Assembly (NCBI RefSeq): GCF_038025025.1
Contig: NW_027117349.1
Coordinates: forward strand, 806,001 to 870,000
From: Phyllosticta citribraziliensis
Taxonomy: Eukaryota
Reading direction: 5' to 3'
DNA length: 64,000 nucleotides
The position numbers and the translations under genes are program-made. Shown piece after piece: positions 1 through 12,681 of this stretch (its first letter is position 1; the number at the start of each line of letters is the position of its first letter). The notes below the pieces were generated by a model. The model searched no databases. It was not told the origin of the DNA and worked only from the letters and a program-made list of their open reading frames with translations.

Positions 1-239
1 TCAGGTATGTTTATTAGACGGTGGGAGCGGCGGCATGATACAGAAGAGACAACAGGTAGATCCACGGTAGGTTACGACGACGGTGAAGATATCCCAGCTA
101 GAAGAGAGCAAGAGGTAGAAGAGGGTATGAATGAGCATTTTCTATGTGCTAAACTCTATTTCTCGTCGTGAATCGTCAGGACAGGCCCACACGATGACCA
201 CATTAAGGGGTATCAATTCCGTTGCGCACCCATCCGAAT

Positions 240-1868
240 CTATTGCTCCACCGTGACGACCTTCTCAGCAGGGTCCTTCTCTTTTTCGTCCTCCACCCTG
301 TCCCTCCCTTGAGACATTTTGGCGCCCTTCTCCAAATCAACGTACTCTTTCTTCCCCTGCCACGACTCCATGGGGATCCCCTCAACCTTCTTGATGCGCT
401 TTCCTTCTTGGAACATGGCATAGCCGCCCAGGCCCGCCACGCCGCATGCCAGCGCGACGAACAGGCCTGTCGACCACGGCGGCCTGTCGTATCTGTTCAT
501 AGCCCACATAAAGCCCGCGAGACAGCACTGGAAAAACGTGTTCCACACGTTGCACCAGATGACAAAGTCCATGATCCACAACTTGGTGGGTGAGGCGCGG
601 ACGCCCGTGGGAGGAGGGTCCGGCACCTTGGACGCAGGAAACGGAATGACTGCCTCATTATCCGTCTGCGCGGCAAGGTCTTTAGGCCCCGTCGTCGGCG
701 GCAGCGAGTTGGAACCTGGAAGCCTGAACCAATTCCGATGGATGCCAGCGAGCCGGCGGAGGCCGTAATTCTTGCGCTCCGCCTTGCTTTGGCCGCGCTT
801 CTGGCCCCAGCCCAAGCGCCACACGCACCACCAAGCGAGGTCGCGGAAGCGCCAAGGGGCGAGGCCGAAACCCGTTACGCAGAAGAGGCCGTTGAGAATC
901 TGCGAGGTGACTTCGATCCAGATGCGGCGGGGGCTTTGGAGATCGTTGCACGACGGGTGGCACATGGCGGGCGCGGCGTTGCAGAGGAGTAGGAAAAGCA
1001 TGCCTCCCCACGCGACGATGTTGAGGCCGTAAATGGTGATGGCGAAGCCGAGGGGAGTGCAGAACCAGCGCCAGAAGGCTTTCAGAGCGAGAACGGTGGA
1101 TGTAGTCCACGGGAGCTTCGGAGGCGGTACATAACCATTATCGCTATTGGCTTGGTTGTTTCCTGTTCGTGTCGTTTTGACCTCGCCGATTCTCGTAGAA
1201 CCAGTCATGGCTGACTCTGGGTTGGTTCGAACAGGTCGAACGCCGTCATCCGTGCTAAGTCTATCCTGGTAACTTGGGCCACATGATGCGATGGGCTCAA
1301 GAGTGCCAGTACCGTCCACTTCAGGGGGGAGCTGGGCCAGCCTAGGTGTAGAATCTGCTGGCAAGTCGTCGGCACCCCTATTGCCTTTGCCCATACTCCA
1401 AATGCTCAGTCCAGTGACGGACCTGCTCAGCCTCCTCCTTCCACTTGCAGGGCTTCCTTCTTCCTCTTCGGGCTCTTCGTTGTTTGCTGTCAGATGTGCT
1501 AGGCTCCCTCTGCGTATTTCTGCGGGCGTGTGGACTCTAGCGGCGGCGTTTCCGGTAGCCGCCATGAAACCAGTTGGGAGGTCTGCCTCCAAGACTCTGA
1601 GGGAAGCGGAGCGTAATCTCTCAGCGGCATTTGTCGCAACCGAGGCAGTCCTCGCGCGCGAAAGCTGTCTTCTTGGTTCCGGGCGTTCTTCAGGAGGATT
1701 CGATGCAGGCGGGGAGGGCGCAGATGTCGGAGAAGTTGGAGAAGTTGGCGAAGGCTGGGAATTTGGAGCGTTGGTGGTAGGATTAGACGATGCCGACGAA
1801 ACAGAAAAAGCCGATGGAACAGGCGGTAACGTGGAAGCAGCTGAGACACTGCGTGCGTCGGCTGCCAT
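240..1868 (-). CDS. Fungal DUF2985-type integral membrane protein (single exon, 542 aa)
   Basis: Long ATG ORF with a low-complexity S/P-rich N-terminus. The hydrophobic block AITIYGLNIVAWGGMLFLLLC...RRIWIEVTSQILNGLFCVTGFGLAPWRFRDL matches the DUF2985 pattern. Confidence 0.8.
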   Translation of the reverse strand: MAADARSVSAASTLPPVPSAFSVSSASSNPTTNAPNSQPSPTSPTSPTSAPSPPASNPPEERPEPRRQLSRARTASVATNAAERLRSASLRVLEADLPTGFMAATGNAAARVHTPAEIRRGSLAHLTANNEEPEEEEGSPASGRRRLSRSVTGLSIWSMGKGNRGADDLPADSTPRLAQLPPEVDGTGTLEPIASCGPSYQDRLSTDDGVRPVRTNPESAMTGSTRIGEVKTTRTGNNQANSDNGYVPPPKLPWTTSTVLALKAFWRWFCTPLGFAITIYGLNIVAWGGMLFLLLCNAAPAMCHPSCNDLQSPRRIWIEVTSQILNGLFCVTGFGLAPWRFRDLAWWCVWRLGWGQKRGQSKAERKNYGLRRLAGIHRNWFRLPGSNSLPPTTGPKDLAAQTDNEAVIPFPASKVPDPPPTGVRASPTKLWIMDFVIWCNVWNTFFQCCLAGFMWAMNRYDRPPWSTGLFVALACGVAGLGGYAMFQEGKRIKKVEGIPMESWQGKKEYVDLEKGAKMSQGRDRVEDEKEKDPAEKVVTVEQ

Positions 1869-2528
1869 GTTGGGCTGGGATAGGTAGTCAAATGCCTAGT
1901 GCTGTGGCTCGACAGATGGATAACGGCTGGGCAGTGTCTGCGGTGTGTAAGCGGCCGCCGTTTTTTCCAACGTCCCTTGGACAATTTCCGAGAACAGCTC
2001 ACTGGTGTCTGTAATTCAGGAAGCGGCGAATAGGAGGCGATGCCTGCCAATAATTCGTGGGGTTGGCAAAGGTATTGCTGGTGCCTGGATGTTGCGCCCG
2101 ATGTTCACGGGGGAAGTGAGCGTTTGCGACGCGGGGATACAGTGTGCGAGGGAGGGCGATGGTATTTGAGAAAACGAGGAGACGGCGCAGGAGAGAGCAT
2201 TTTGTTTTAGCCGGCAAGGCAGACGGACGGCAGAGAAACAGTCGTTTGTCTTTGGGGTGTTGTTTAAGCTTCGTATTCGCATTAAGTTTTCGGGGGAGAT
2301 GCGGAGGGCGATCTACCACAGGGTCCGCACGAATCACCGTTTGGCCGGGCCCCTGCGCCTGCTCGTAATCGTTCGGTTTTGCGCTTTGCTTTCTTGCTCA
2401 GCAACACCACACCACACCAGTCCATCCGGCCAAGCCTCACGAGCCCGCAAAATCGGCCGCAGCATCAAGCCTATTTCTCTCTAGGCAGGCTGCCGTCTTC
2501 AACGACTGCTTCTCGAACCTCTCCGGCC

Positions 2529-3113
2529 ATGGCCGCCCCAACAATGCAACCTTCGCTGCTCGACCAGAGAATCACCGACGCCCTCCAAGCCTCTGCGTCG
2601 CCGCACTCGTCCCATCATCTGTCGCTCGCTCACCAAACGCTCCACAACCTCGAACATCAACACCACTGGCACTCCCTGACACTGCACACCCATTCGCCCT
2701 CGTCACCCCACCTGCCGCTCTCGAGGCCTCTTCTCTCCGGCCTTCCTACAAAACGTCTCTACACGCACCCAGACGAGCAAATCGCATTGCTCAAAGAGGC
2801 CGCGCGCCGACGCTCTGCTGGACTGCCAGCCGAAGGTGACCCAGCGCCGCAACGCGAGTGGGTTGTGCCCACGCACCTGCGCGAGAAATGGACGGTGCGG
2901 CAGCTGGCCGAAGCATTCGGCGACATGACCGTAGTGCCACCAGAGCCAGCGAGCGAGCAAAACACGGGCGCAACGGGCCAACAGAGCAAAGAGGGCGGCG
3001 AGGAGGACAAATGGCGGACGAGCAAGCGCGCTCTGCTGGCCATCGTCGAGGATGATAGCACCGTCGTCTATTATCTGGTGCACGATGGGATTGTCAAGCC
3101 TAGGCAGAATTGA
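2529..3113 (+). CDS. SEN15: tRNA-splicing endonuclease subunit Sen15
   Basis: ATG at 2529 (GCC ATG G). Motifs HNLEHQHHW, LYTHPDEQ and EWVVPTHLREKWT, and the diagnostic C-terminus LLAIVEDDSTVVYYLVHDGIVKPRQN. Confidence 0.9.
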   Translation: MAAPTMQPSLLDQRITDALQASASPHSSHHLSLAHQTLHNLEHQHHWHSLTLHTHSPSSPHLPLSRPLLSGLPTKRLYTHPDEQIALLKEAARRRSAGLPAEGDPAPQREWVVPTHLREKWTVRQLAEAFGDMTVVPPEPASEQNTGATGQQSKEGGEEDKWRTSKRALLAIVEDDSTVVYYLVHDGIVKPRQN

Positions 3114-3403
3114 ACGTGGCACACGCGCCCGAACCTACGCTATCTATGTCCGGTACCGTGCGGTTTGTACGCCCTCAGGACGTGGGTACAGCGCTCTGCC
3201 TGGACCCGTGCCGTGCATAGTCGTACCACCGAATCGATAGACCCGTCTTGGAGCCCCCCTCCTCCTCTCCTTGGAAAAGACATGCGACCACGAGTGCTGA
3301 AGCGAGGAGCCGGGAAATGGACATGATGGAATGCCTCGCCCGCCAGTTTGATCGCCACACAGGTATTTTGTGTGTCTGGAGACGTGGGCGATGAAATGCA
3401 GAA

Positions 3404-3428
3404 GAGACGAGACGAGACGAGACGAGAC
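3404..3428. repeat. (GAGAC)n pentanucleotide microsatellite
   Basis: About five tandem GAGAC units. Confidence 0.8.
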
Positions 3429-5065
3429 GGGTCGACGCGACACGGCACTTGGCTACATAAGTACGTGTGTATTGCACGGGTATGCGCGTCGATGGCGTCA
3501 TGCCACAAACGGCCGCACAGATGGGGCGTTGTCGACGACGTCGTTGCTCCCGCGTCGTCAGTATCTGCCGATCGACCTCTCGCTCGCTCAGCCGAGATGC
3601 CACCTTAGACGACCTGACCTGGCTTCGGGGCGAGGGAGCGAGCGAGCGAGCGTGTCCTCGGCGTTTGTCACGCACATCGCGTGCCACCGCTCGGCGATGC
3701 CGATCAAGGAAGCGGAAACCGGGCCTGTGGACGAGACGACGGACGGCACGGCTAGATGCGCGTTTTGTGATTTGGTCGTTCGCGATCCTAGGGGAGACGA
3801 GAGGGATGAATGATATGATATGCGACTGTCGTACAGACCACAGGACGGACGGGCGGACAGCCAACCACCCCCAGCCAGCCAAAGCAGCGGACGAAACAGA
3901 GCGTGATGGCCGAGCCTGCTGCCCCCCGCAAGCGCACCATCAATCAAGGGCACACGAAACTCGGGGTACTGTACTCAGGTCCGCGGGCTACTTGCGTGCT
4001 GCGTACTCTTTTGTACCGGGACAGCAGCGGGGGTTCAAGAGACGATGGCTACGAGGTACATACATACCGGACTCGACCACACGGCTCGGCCGCCGACATG
4101 CAATCGCCAGGCGCTCGAAACTTGCGCAACGACGACTCGGCAGCTGCGTTCGCTCGTTCGTTTCCTGTGTCCGTCGCGACGGGAGCCACGGCGGACAGCG
4201 GTCGACGGGATCCTCTGTATCCCCGGTTTCCACCACGATCACACATGCCCAAAAGCATAAATCAGCGTACATAGGCACGTACCCCGGACAGGACCAGCCC
4301 GCGCAGACAAACAGACAAGACCGAGAAATCAGTGTTCATGCATCTGACTTTGTATGGATGGATCAATGTCGTTCGTGTACCTCCGTGTCTACCAAATGTC
4401 TTTCTGTCTGTTGCCAGACATACACTGCTGCGTCTGCCTCTCAAAGAGGGAAAAACAAAAATTCCACCAAGCCTGATGAATGCTGTATGCGTCAGCGGCG
4501 CTCTAAACATGCGCTCGCTTGCTCGCTCGCTCGGCCGCGTCCCACATGCACACACTTGCCGCCTCTCCTGCCTGGCAAACGGTTGATACCTTATGCATGA
4601 AAGAGATGGTACAAGGGGGGTAAAGCGCACAAGAAGAAGAGGACTGTTAAACAAGACAAAGAGGAAAAAACACAAACAAAAGTATCCTCGTCTGGTCCGG
4701 CCGGTCTGAACAACAAGAGAAAAGCAAGCGCGCAAGGAAAGAGGGGCCTCGCCACGGACGGGAAAGGAAAGAAAAGGGAAAATCGGAATGGAATGGAATG
4801 TGAAAAAGATGTGCTGCATATGGTATGCCTCCTGCCACGAGAATGAAGACAAGCGCCGCGCCACTAGTACACAACCGCCACCGCTACTACGATCGCCGAC
4901 AGCTTACATTTCATATCGTACGTACTTCGAGAAGCAGGGAGCTTACCGCGGTTGCTTGATTGCTCAACTGCTTGCTTGCTTGCTCGCTTGCTACGTGCTA
5001 CTGCCGCACATGTACCGTACGCAGCACAAGCGGCAGGCAGACCGGCGGGCAGCAGCCCCGACCGG

Positions 5066-7164
5066 CTACAGACAACTCCGCGCGGGTGCGCCGTCGAGTT
5101 TGAAGTAGCCGGGCTGCAACGTCTGAAAGACGCCCGTCGGATCATAATACGCGGCGACGGCCATGAGCTTGAGCTGATTCTCGGGGCCGTAGCTCGCAAT
5201 GACGTCCTGGTACTGCGAGGCGTAGTTCTGATAGACGTAGCGATGGTCGAGGCCCATGGCGGCGGCGCGGGCGTTGACGCGCGCGACGATGGTGCTGCTG
5301 GCGCGCATGACGGCGTAGTCGTCGGCCGCGTCGTCCCACATGTTGTTGAGGTTCATGAGGAGGAGCGGCCCGTCGGCCTCGCTGAGCCCCAGCGCGTTGC
5401 CGCCGCGCTTGCTCATGTGCGCCAGCTGCGGCGACGTGATGACTTGCAGCGTGCACGCCGGCACGATGCCGCTGACGTTGACCAGCGTGTCGATCTCGTC
5501 CATGTAGATGTCGAGGATGGCGTCGACGAGGTCGCGGTCCAGCTTGTATGCCGACGCCCAGTACGTCTCGCGCAGCCCGCTCGGATTGGATTCGTTGAAT
5601 TCGAGCGTCAGGTTGGAGAGCGTGCGGATCATGGTCGTGTTTGACAGGGGGTCTGGGATGGAGGTGAAGTTTTCAAAGACCGGCGGCGACGAAGAGACGG
5701 GGTCCGCGTATTGCATGTCCAGTTTGGCAAAGTATTCTCCTGCTGCCCAGGCAAAGGAGAGAATGAGCCCTGCCTTGGGGTCTTCCTCTCCGTGGGCGCC
5801 GAACTGCGCAAAGGCCTCGATGATGGCTGATCTTTGGCTGATTTTGTGAAGCTGGCCTCCTCCCCACATGAGCCCCTGGGGGAACGCGGAAAGATCGAAG
5901 CGAGTGACGACGCCAAAATTGTTTCCGCCGCCTCTCAAGGACCAATAAAGATCGGGATGCGAGCTCTCGTTGACTTGGAGCACGACGCCAGACCCGGTGA
6001 CGAGCTGGTCATAGGTCAGTAAAGAACAATCAAACTGCTGAACCAGTGGAGTGAAGCAGCTGATGTCCACAGCGCCACCGTCACGATTCTCGACTCTTTA
6101 GAAGGGAAATGACAGGACTCGTTTTGGATGTTGACGCTGCCGGGACCGTATTAATCTTCAGCCAAGACGGTGGGGTGGCATGGTGGACATCAGCGGCGAT
6201 GAGCAGGCTGTCGGCTCTAGTAAGCCGGGCTGCTTTTGCGCGACAGAAGGCTGCAGACGCCAAGACCATGGTGACGGACCTCTGGGCCAGCAGAGATGCA
6301 TAGAGATGCGGAAAGAGCATCGGGGAAAGAAGAAAAGGAGACGAGTGGAACACGCACCTCGTAGTTGACGACATTGTCACAGGCCCAGCCGTGCAGTCCC
6401 GAGAAGAAGGAGATGCCACCTGCAAGTCACGTCAGCTTTCCGAGGGCCCGGATACGCATTGGGAAAAAGCAATCGGACATGTTCACCAACCTCCAAGAGT
6501 CAAGCCACCGACGCCTATCGCCGACACGCGACCACCGATGACGGCAAGTCCATGAGGCTCGAGAGCTTCGTAGACGTCGACCCACTTGTTGCCGGTGCCG
6601 ACGGAGACGATGGACCTGTCGTCGGATAGCTGGACTTGGTTTAGTGCCCTGAGGTCAAGAGTGATGCCGCCTTGGATGCTGGAGGAGCCGGCAAAGGCCG
6701 AGTGGCCGCCGCTCTTGACGGCGAACGGACAGCGAAAGAGGCGGGAGAAGAGAACGGCGCGCGAGACGTCGCGTGTGTCTTGAGGCCTGAAGATGCAGTC
6801 GGGATGAACGTCGGCCTGCTGGACGGACCAGTAGCCCGACTGGCAGGACGAATAGTTTGCGGAGCCGGGCTCGGCGACAGCGTCGCCGTACAAGAAGGCG
6901 AGGACGGAACACTAGCATGGCCTGAGCATTAGGAGGCGGACAGGAGAGAAGAAAATAACATACGGCGGCGGCGCAAAAGTTGAAGTCGCCCAGAGCAGCG
7001 TCGGCGGCCGAGAGACGAAGAGCGTGGGTTGGGATGCGATCAAACTGGAGGCCCTGGTCGACCAGCGCAGCGCGCACGTCAAAATGGGGGGGCTCAAAGG
7101 AATGGCTCAGGCCACACTGCAGCAGCGAAGCCAATGCCATGGTCAAAAGCAACCTGGTGCGCAT
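5066..7164 (-). CDS. Secreted FAD-linked oxidoreductase (berberine-bridge / 6-hydroxy-D-nicotine oxidase-like, FAD_binding_4)
   Basis: Signal peptide MRTRLLLTMALASLLQCGLS. Exons 7164-6964, 6911-6491, 6419-6358 and 6004-5066 join in frame. Motifs FAVKSGGH (covalent-FAD His), GVGGLTLGGGISFFS, DLYWSLRGGGNNFGVVTRF, YQNYA and YDPTGVFQ. Confidence 0.88.
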
Positions 7165-7635
7165 GGTCGAAGCCGGTTGGGGTTATATGCAGGGAGAGAC
7201 GGTCGAACCGGGGGGTGGGAATGAATCTACAGAGGCTCTCGGCGGCATGCTTGACCGCAGTGGGAGTGGGAGGGGAACATATCTGGACTGGACTGGGGGG
7301 GCCGAGGGATCATCGAGTACAGGTCCGGTACTTCAAGTGCAGGGAGCAGCAGACAAAGGAAAAGCGGCGCAGGAGCGAGCGCAGGCGCGGATGGACTGGG
7401 GAGTGGAGGACGTGTGTGGCGCAAGGGTGCTCGTCGCAAGATTGGAGGAGCAAGAGCCAGCGAAGCAGCGCGGAACCGGAGGATGGCGAAGGGTGTGAGA
7501 TGGTGGTCATGGTGGTGGTAAGAAGGGGGGGGAGGGACGGGATGGTCTGGAGGCAAAAGAAAGCACAAGCTTGGTGCAGTGCTGTGCGTGGAGAGGGGAT
7601 GAGGATGTAGAGGTACGTGGAGTGAGGTGGTGGAC

Positions 7636-7729
7636 TCGACGGGACTCGACTCGACTCGACCTGGGCTGCCGACCGACCGACCGATCTGACTGCCGGCAGC
7701 ATCTCTCTCTCTCTCTCCCTCTCTCTCTC
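7636..7729. repeat. (GACTC)n, (CCGA)n and (CT)n simple repeats in a divergent promoter region
   Basis: Directly visible tandem units between the FAD oxidase and the first PTH11-like gene. Confidence 0.75.
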
Positions 7730-8585
7730 ATGCTTCACGTCTCTTTCTGGCCTTCCATCGCCATGGCAGTCTCGGTCTCGCTTCCGGCCCGTCGTCCGTC
7801 CCACAACGCACTCACACTCACACTCACCATCCCGTTCGACCACCACCCAGGTCAACACCATCGCAACCACAGCATTGCGCCTCTCCCTTCCACCTGCCTC
7901 TCCTCATCTCTTCCCTCTCTCTCGTCCGCCGTCGCTCAATCCAAATCGGCGCCGGTCGCTCAAGCCGCCGTCGTCCTCGCCGACGCGCCTGAGTCACTCA
8001 CGCCTCGATTCTCGCGCCGCGACTTATACCCCCCGCCGCTCGCCCATTCCACTCGCGCGACCCAAGACAAGCAAGCAAGGTTCGTACATGTCTTCCTTCA
8101 TCGCTGGCCTCCCTTGCACAAATCAATCCGCTATTTGCCATGTCGCTGCACGCCATCAAGCCCGGTCCGCTCGGATGGGCTGGCGTGGTTGCACCCGACA
8201 TGGGCCTTTGCCCTGTCCGCTGCCTTGCGCATCTTGCACCACCACACCTGCCAGACGGACCGCGCCACGCTGCGAGGGAGATGGCCACCCTTGCGTCCCC
8301 GTGTCACCACGCCCCGGATGTCTGCGAGACCTTGACTTCTGCAAACCGAAGCCTTCGACCACGGCGTCTGCCCATGTATCCCCAAACCTCCCTTGGGTCG
8401 CAAGCCCTTATAGCAATACCAGGTCCCAGTTTCTGCAATGGCATTGGCGAATCCATGCTAACCAACCGCCTCCTCCCAGCGACTCATGATCGACATCATT
8501 CCGCCGCCCAAAAGTCGGCCTTGAAAGATTTCACTCGCTCCTCTTCGCAAAAGCGCCTCTTCGTCATCCATCCTCGCCAGCCATC

Positions 8586-9907
8586 ATGTCCACCTCGGCC
8601 ACTCAAAACTACATCACCGAGGGTGATCTCAAGCGCACCGGCATTGCTTTCCTGGTCCTGACCACCACGGTCGTCATCGCTCGATTCGCCCTTCGCGTCT
8701 GGTGGAAGAAGCCGTTGCAGATTGAAGACGTGCTCGTCTTCATCTCCTACCTCTTCTTCTTGGCTCTGACCACATGCTACATCGTCGTGACGCCCTACAT
8801 GTTTCGCGTATACGCCGTCGCTGAACGAAAAATGGATCCCTATCCGGAATTGGAGCAAGAGACAAACATTGTCATCCACGTCTTCTTCTTCTCGTCCATG
8901 CTTCTCTGGTGCACCCTCTGGTCCGTCAAGTTTTCTCTCCTGGCCCTCTACCGGCGATTGATGAATGGCCTGAAGGCCTACATCACCCTCTGGTGGTGCC
9001 TTGTCGTCTTTTGCGCATTGGTGAGTCTTCTTTCCCAACAAAAGACCATTGCGCCTGACATTGAACTCTACAGACTCTTGTTGGGGCCATCGTCTCAAAT
9101 TTCACTTCGTGCAGCAGCATGCATGCGTGGTTCACGCCAGGTGGGTACTCACATGCTGCCGACTATGCGTTCTTTGCCAACTAATTTTCCAGGTCTCTGC
9201 GCGACCCCTCGGGACATTCAGGCCCAGATTGCGAGTCTTTACTACTCGTTCGCTGTCGACGTCCTGACTGACATAATGAGTATGTGCAACTTGCCTGCCG
9301 TTGTGTCAAGTCAATGCTGACCTGGGCGCTAGTCATGGTGCTCCCCATTCGCCTCATCTGGAATCTGCAGATGCCGCGTTCCGAGAAGTTCGGCATTGGT
9401 GGACTCTTCTGTGCTGCCCTCATTTGCGTGCTCTTCGCCATCCTGCGCGTCGTCCAGGTCGGTGTCAAGTCCAAGAGCAACAGCACTCCAAGCAGCTCCT
9501 GGCTTGCCTTGTGGGCAATCATCGAGGCTTCCATAGGTATGTCTCAGATGATGGCTGCCCAATGCGTACGCTAATTGACTGCAGCTGTCTGGATCGGATG
9601 CTGCCCTGCATTCGCTGCCTTCTGGCGCACCAAGCGCTCAGCTACTCGCGGCTACTCCAAGCCCAAGGAAAATCACAGCGGTAACTCGGACGAGCAAAAT
9701 GCCCAGGCAGAGCAGGTTGTCGATCCCATTGGACTGCAGACCATGGCTAGCAGCCCCATCCCCAAGCGTACCAAAGGTCGCGTCAGCACGTACTGGGATG
9801 AGGCGCACAGTTCGCAAGAGGAGCTTGCAAAACAGGAATCGACGGGCGAGTCTGGCGGCATCTACGTCACCAGAAGCATAAGGGTGAGTGGGCGCCACCG
9901 TCGCTGA
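8586..9907 (+). CDS. PTH11-like (rhodopsin-domain, CFEM-less) multi-pass membrane protein
   Basis: Four GT-AG introns (about 9021-9073, 9141-9192, 9280-9332, 9537-9584). Motifs WSVKFSLLALYRRL, DVLTDIMIMVLPIRLIWNLQM, KFGIGGLF and WAIIEASIAVWIGCCP. Confidence 0.85.
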
Positions 9908-11290
9908 ATTCCACTCCCCTTGTGACGAAGCACTGTGCTGATCTGATGAACCCCAGCAGGACTCGGTTGACGGATCCCACCGTGTTTGAAAGAAACACTG
10001 CGTCTTTCGCACATTCTGCCCTTGTCTTTTTCGTAATGGTCATCACGCAGAGTCTCTCCAGAAGGGTCACAAGCTTCGCATTGCTCGGCGATATTCGGGC
10101 CACCGGTACCAGGCGTTCATCAGAGAGTCGTTCGGACGCTATACCCTTTCTTACTGCTTTTCGACGCGGAGTGGGTGGAGGTCAGGTGGTTGCTGCTGGG
10201 CGCGTTCGAGTGGTCTTTGTTTCTCTTTTCTCCGCGTTCTTTTCTTCCATTTGCTGTTCATCCAACGGCCGTCGCTTCACAGCGTCTTTGCGACGACTCT
10301 TCCTTTCTGTTCACCTAATTTCGTTGCGCAAAGTACAAGAAGGTTGACGTGGCTGGCTGGCTGGCCGATTACATACGGGAAATGAGACTGCTGGTGTGGG
10401 CAGATCATGGTGGTTACGGATAGCTGTGCAGGCGGAGGCAGGCCATCACATAAAAGTTCAGTCAAGCAGGCGCTTGCGCATGCCCTCTGGTCTCTCTCGT
10501 GCTGCCATGTTTGCTTGAATAACGGAGCATCCTTCTCTGGCCCTGCTCATATACATGAGGCGTCCTTCAACCTCATTCACGAGTCTTGAGCATTGAGTGT
10601 TCGTACTTTACATTCGGACAACATGGTAAGACGCCCACTCTTTTCCTGCCCCTGTTCTATCCTTATCTTCGAGCTCAGCCTCAAAGCTTGCACATCCATA
10701 TTCGTCTACTTCCCGCACGCAAGTCTCCTGCTTCATGCATACCCAGGCAGACAAATGCTTTCCATGACTCTGCCTCGTCAATTGCTCCTGCTGCGGTGAG
10801 CAATTACTATCGCCTGATCACTGACATGAACATTTATGATCTTCAATGAGAAAAAAATAAGTGCAGAATAATGGATGGATGGGTGTCTTTTTGAGAAATG
10901 CTACATGCAAGATGAAGACCTTTGCATAGCATGCACGCCATTGTGACAGCTTAAGGCTTACAAAATCATGGGTGCTGTTGTTGGGTAGTGGTGGCTGCTG
11001 GCTCGGACTTGGTGACAACGAGGGGAGAATCAAAGTCAGTGTTGTTCACCGATTGACGGCGATGACGGCGAGCTACTGCAACTGGACATGGCAGGCACAG
11101 ACTGTCATATATCCGGCTTAAGCCCTTTGCGTGGAGTATTTCGCTGTATGCTGAGTCCCGCCAACGGGCAATATTCGCGGCTTGCGCCTTCCTCTGGAGA
11201 AATCACGAAAAGCTTGAGAGACGACACTCCACATCATCCTCCGACCAACACCAGACAGGGCACAAATCACCCACCCAAACGGAAATAACC

Positions 11291-12681
11291 ATGCCAACCT
11301 ACAGAAACATCACACTCTCGCTGCGGTCCAGCGTAGCCGACACGGCACCACTCATCGAATACCCTCCCCCCGCCGACTCGCCCGTGAAGCTCGAAGACGC
11401 ACACCGCCGCAGCGCCGCCGTCTACGTGCCAGCCATGCCCAAGCTCACGTTCTGGATCGCGTACCACATCAAGCGGCCAATCCCGGCCGACGTGCACTAC
11501 TTTGTCTTCAAGCTGTACATGGAAGGGCGCCTGGTGGTCACGTGGGGAGCGGGCGAGGAAGACGGGTGGAAGGGCAAGGCCATGTTCGGGCTGTTTGAGA
11601 ACAAGGAGTGGCGCAGCGGGCTGGAGAAGCGTGCGTTTGCGTTTGGCGACTTGCGAGAGCAGGAGGGAGGCGAGGTGGTTGATCGGGAGACGGACCACCG
11701 CGAGCGGTTCCTCGAGGTGCGCGTTTTCAGGGCCGTCGCCAGGCGCAGGGTCGCCAAGGAGGTTATGAGGCTGGAGGACACCGAGGTTGGTCGCGATGGC
11801 GCGGGAGATGTCGAGTACGTCTTGTCCTTCGATGCGTCCCGAGGCCGCGTTGGCGGGCTTCTGGAGAGGGTGTGCTGCATGCATGACTTGCTTACTTACT
11901 GACGGGCTGCTGACAGGCTTGTCAATGCTGGGACGCCGCAGCGAGACGACCCCAGACGCTTCTACGAGTACGCTTTGCGCGACGCGCTGGCCGAGCCGTT
12001 TGCCGTGTTCAAATACTACTACCGCACTTTGAGTGAGTCGACTACAGTTTCCATCTCGGCGCCAGGTACTGACGAGCAACAGGTCAGCTCAAGGCCCTGG
12101 GAGTACTGCCAAACAAGAAACTCGATGAGGAGCAGGAAGATGAGCCTGTTATTGAGACTGGCAATGGCTTCGAACAACTGGACTTTAATTTTCTCCCATC
12201 GGCAGAGGCTCCGACGCCGTCAGAGAGACGTCCTGACTCTCGCACTAGCATCAGGCTGGTAAATGATTCTACTGCAGGAATGAGAAAGAACGGAGAGGAA
12301 GAGGAAGAGGACGAACGCTTCTACGAAGACGCGCCAGACGCAGCGTCCATTCGCTTGAAGCGTCTCAGCTTTCCGCCAACAACGCGCATGGATCCTCCGC
12401 AGGTACAGAGGTCCGGCAGCCCTACCAAGACGCATATTGCGAGTCGCAACGCTTCGCCAGCGCCGACGGTTGGAGGATACTGCGATGCCCCAGACAGCGT
12501 GGACGGTGCGGACGGAGCAGTGGGCGTGGAGTGGCTCAGGCACGGGCCGAGCCCGGTTGAGAGGGAGGAGGTTGAGTCGAGGGAGGTCGAATCGCCAGGA
12601 CCAAGAAAGGCGTCAGGCGGATTCTTCAAGGACACGATTCGACGAGTGGTGGGACGGCACAAGCGGGTGCGGTCGAACTGA
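11291..12681 (+). CDS. Conserved fungal hypothetical protein (DUF7918-like N-terminal domain)
   Basis: Introns 11815-11916 and 12033-12082 give one continuous frame containing PLIEYPPP, AVYVP, FKLYMEGRLVVTWG and PFAVFKYYYRTLSQLKALGVL, followed by a disordered tail. The family assignment is from memory of the motif. Confidence 0.7.

Noticed and set aside
2379..2528. TTG-started upstream extensions of SEN15, and likewise of VAM7, EFG1 and SEA4
   Set aside because: Poor initiation context or no targeting-peptide character, unlike the TPT1 case.
3467..4600. 377-aa + strand ORF in the SEN15 to FAD oxidase intergenic region
   Set aside because: GTG start, Arg/Cys/Ser-rich composition and no recognisable motifs or codon bias. 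This is typical of spurious ORFs in GC-rich DNA.
6135..6165. GCTGAAGATTAATACGG (minus strand), resembling the CTGAGA..ATAC part of a fungal TPP riboswitch in a long intron
   Set aside because: The downstream CTTGATC..GATAATACCAGCG core is missing and the host is not a thiamine gene.
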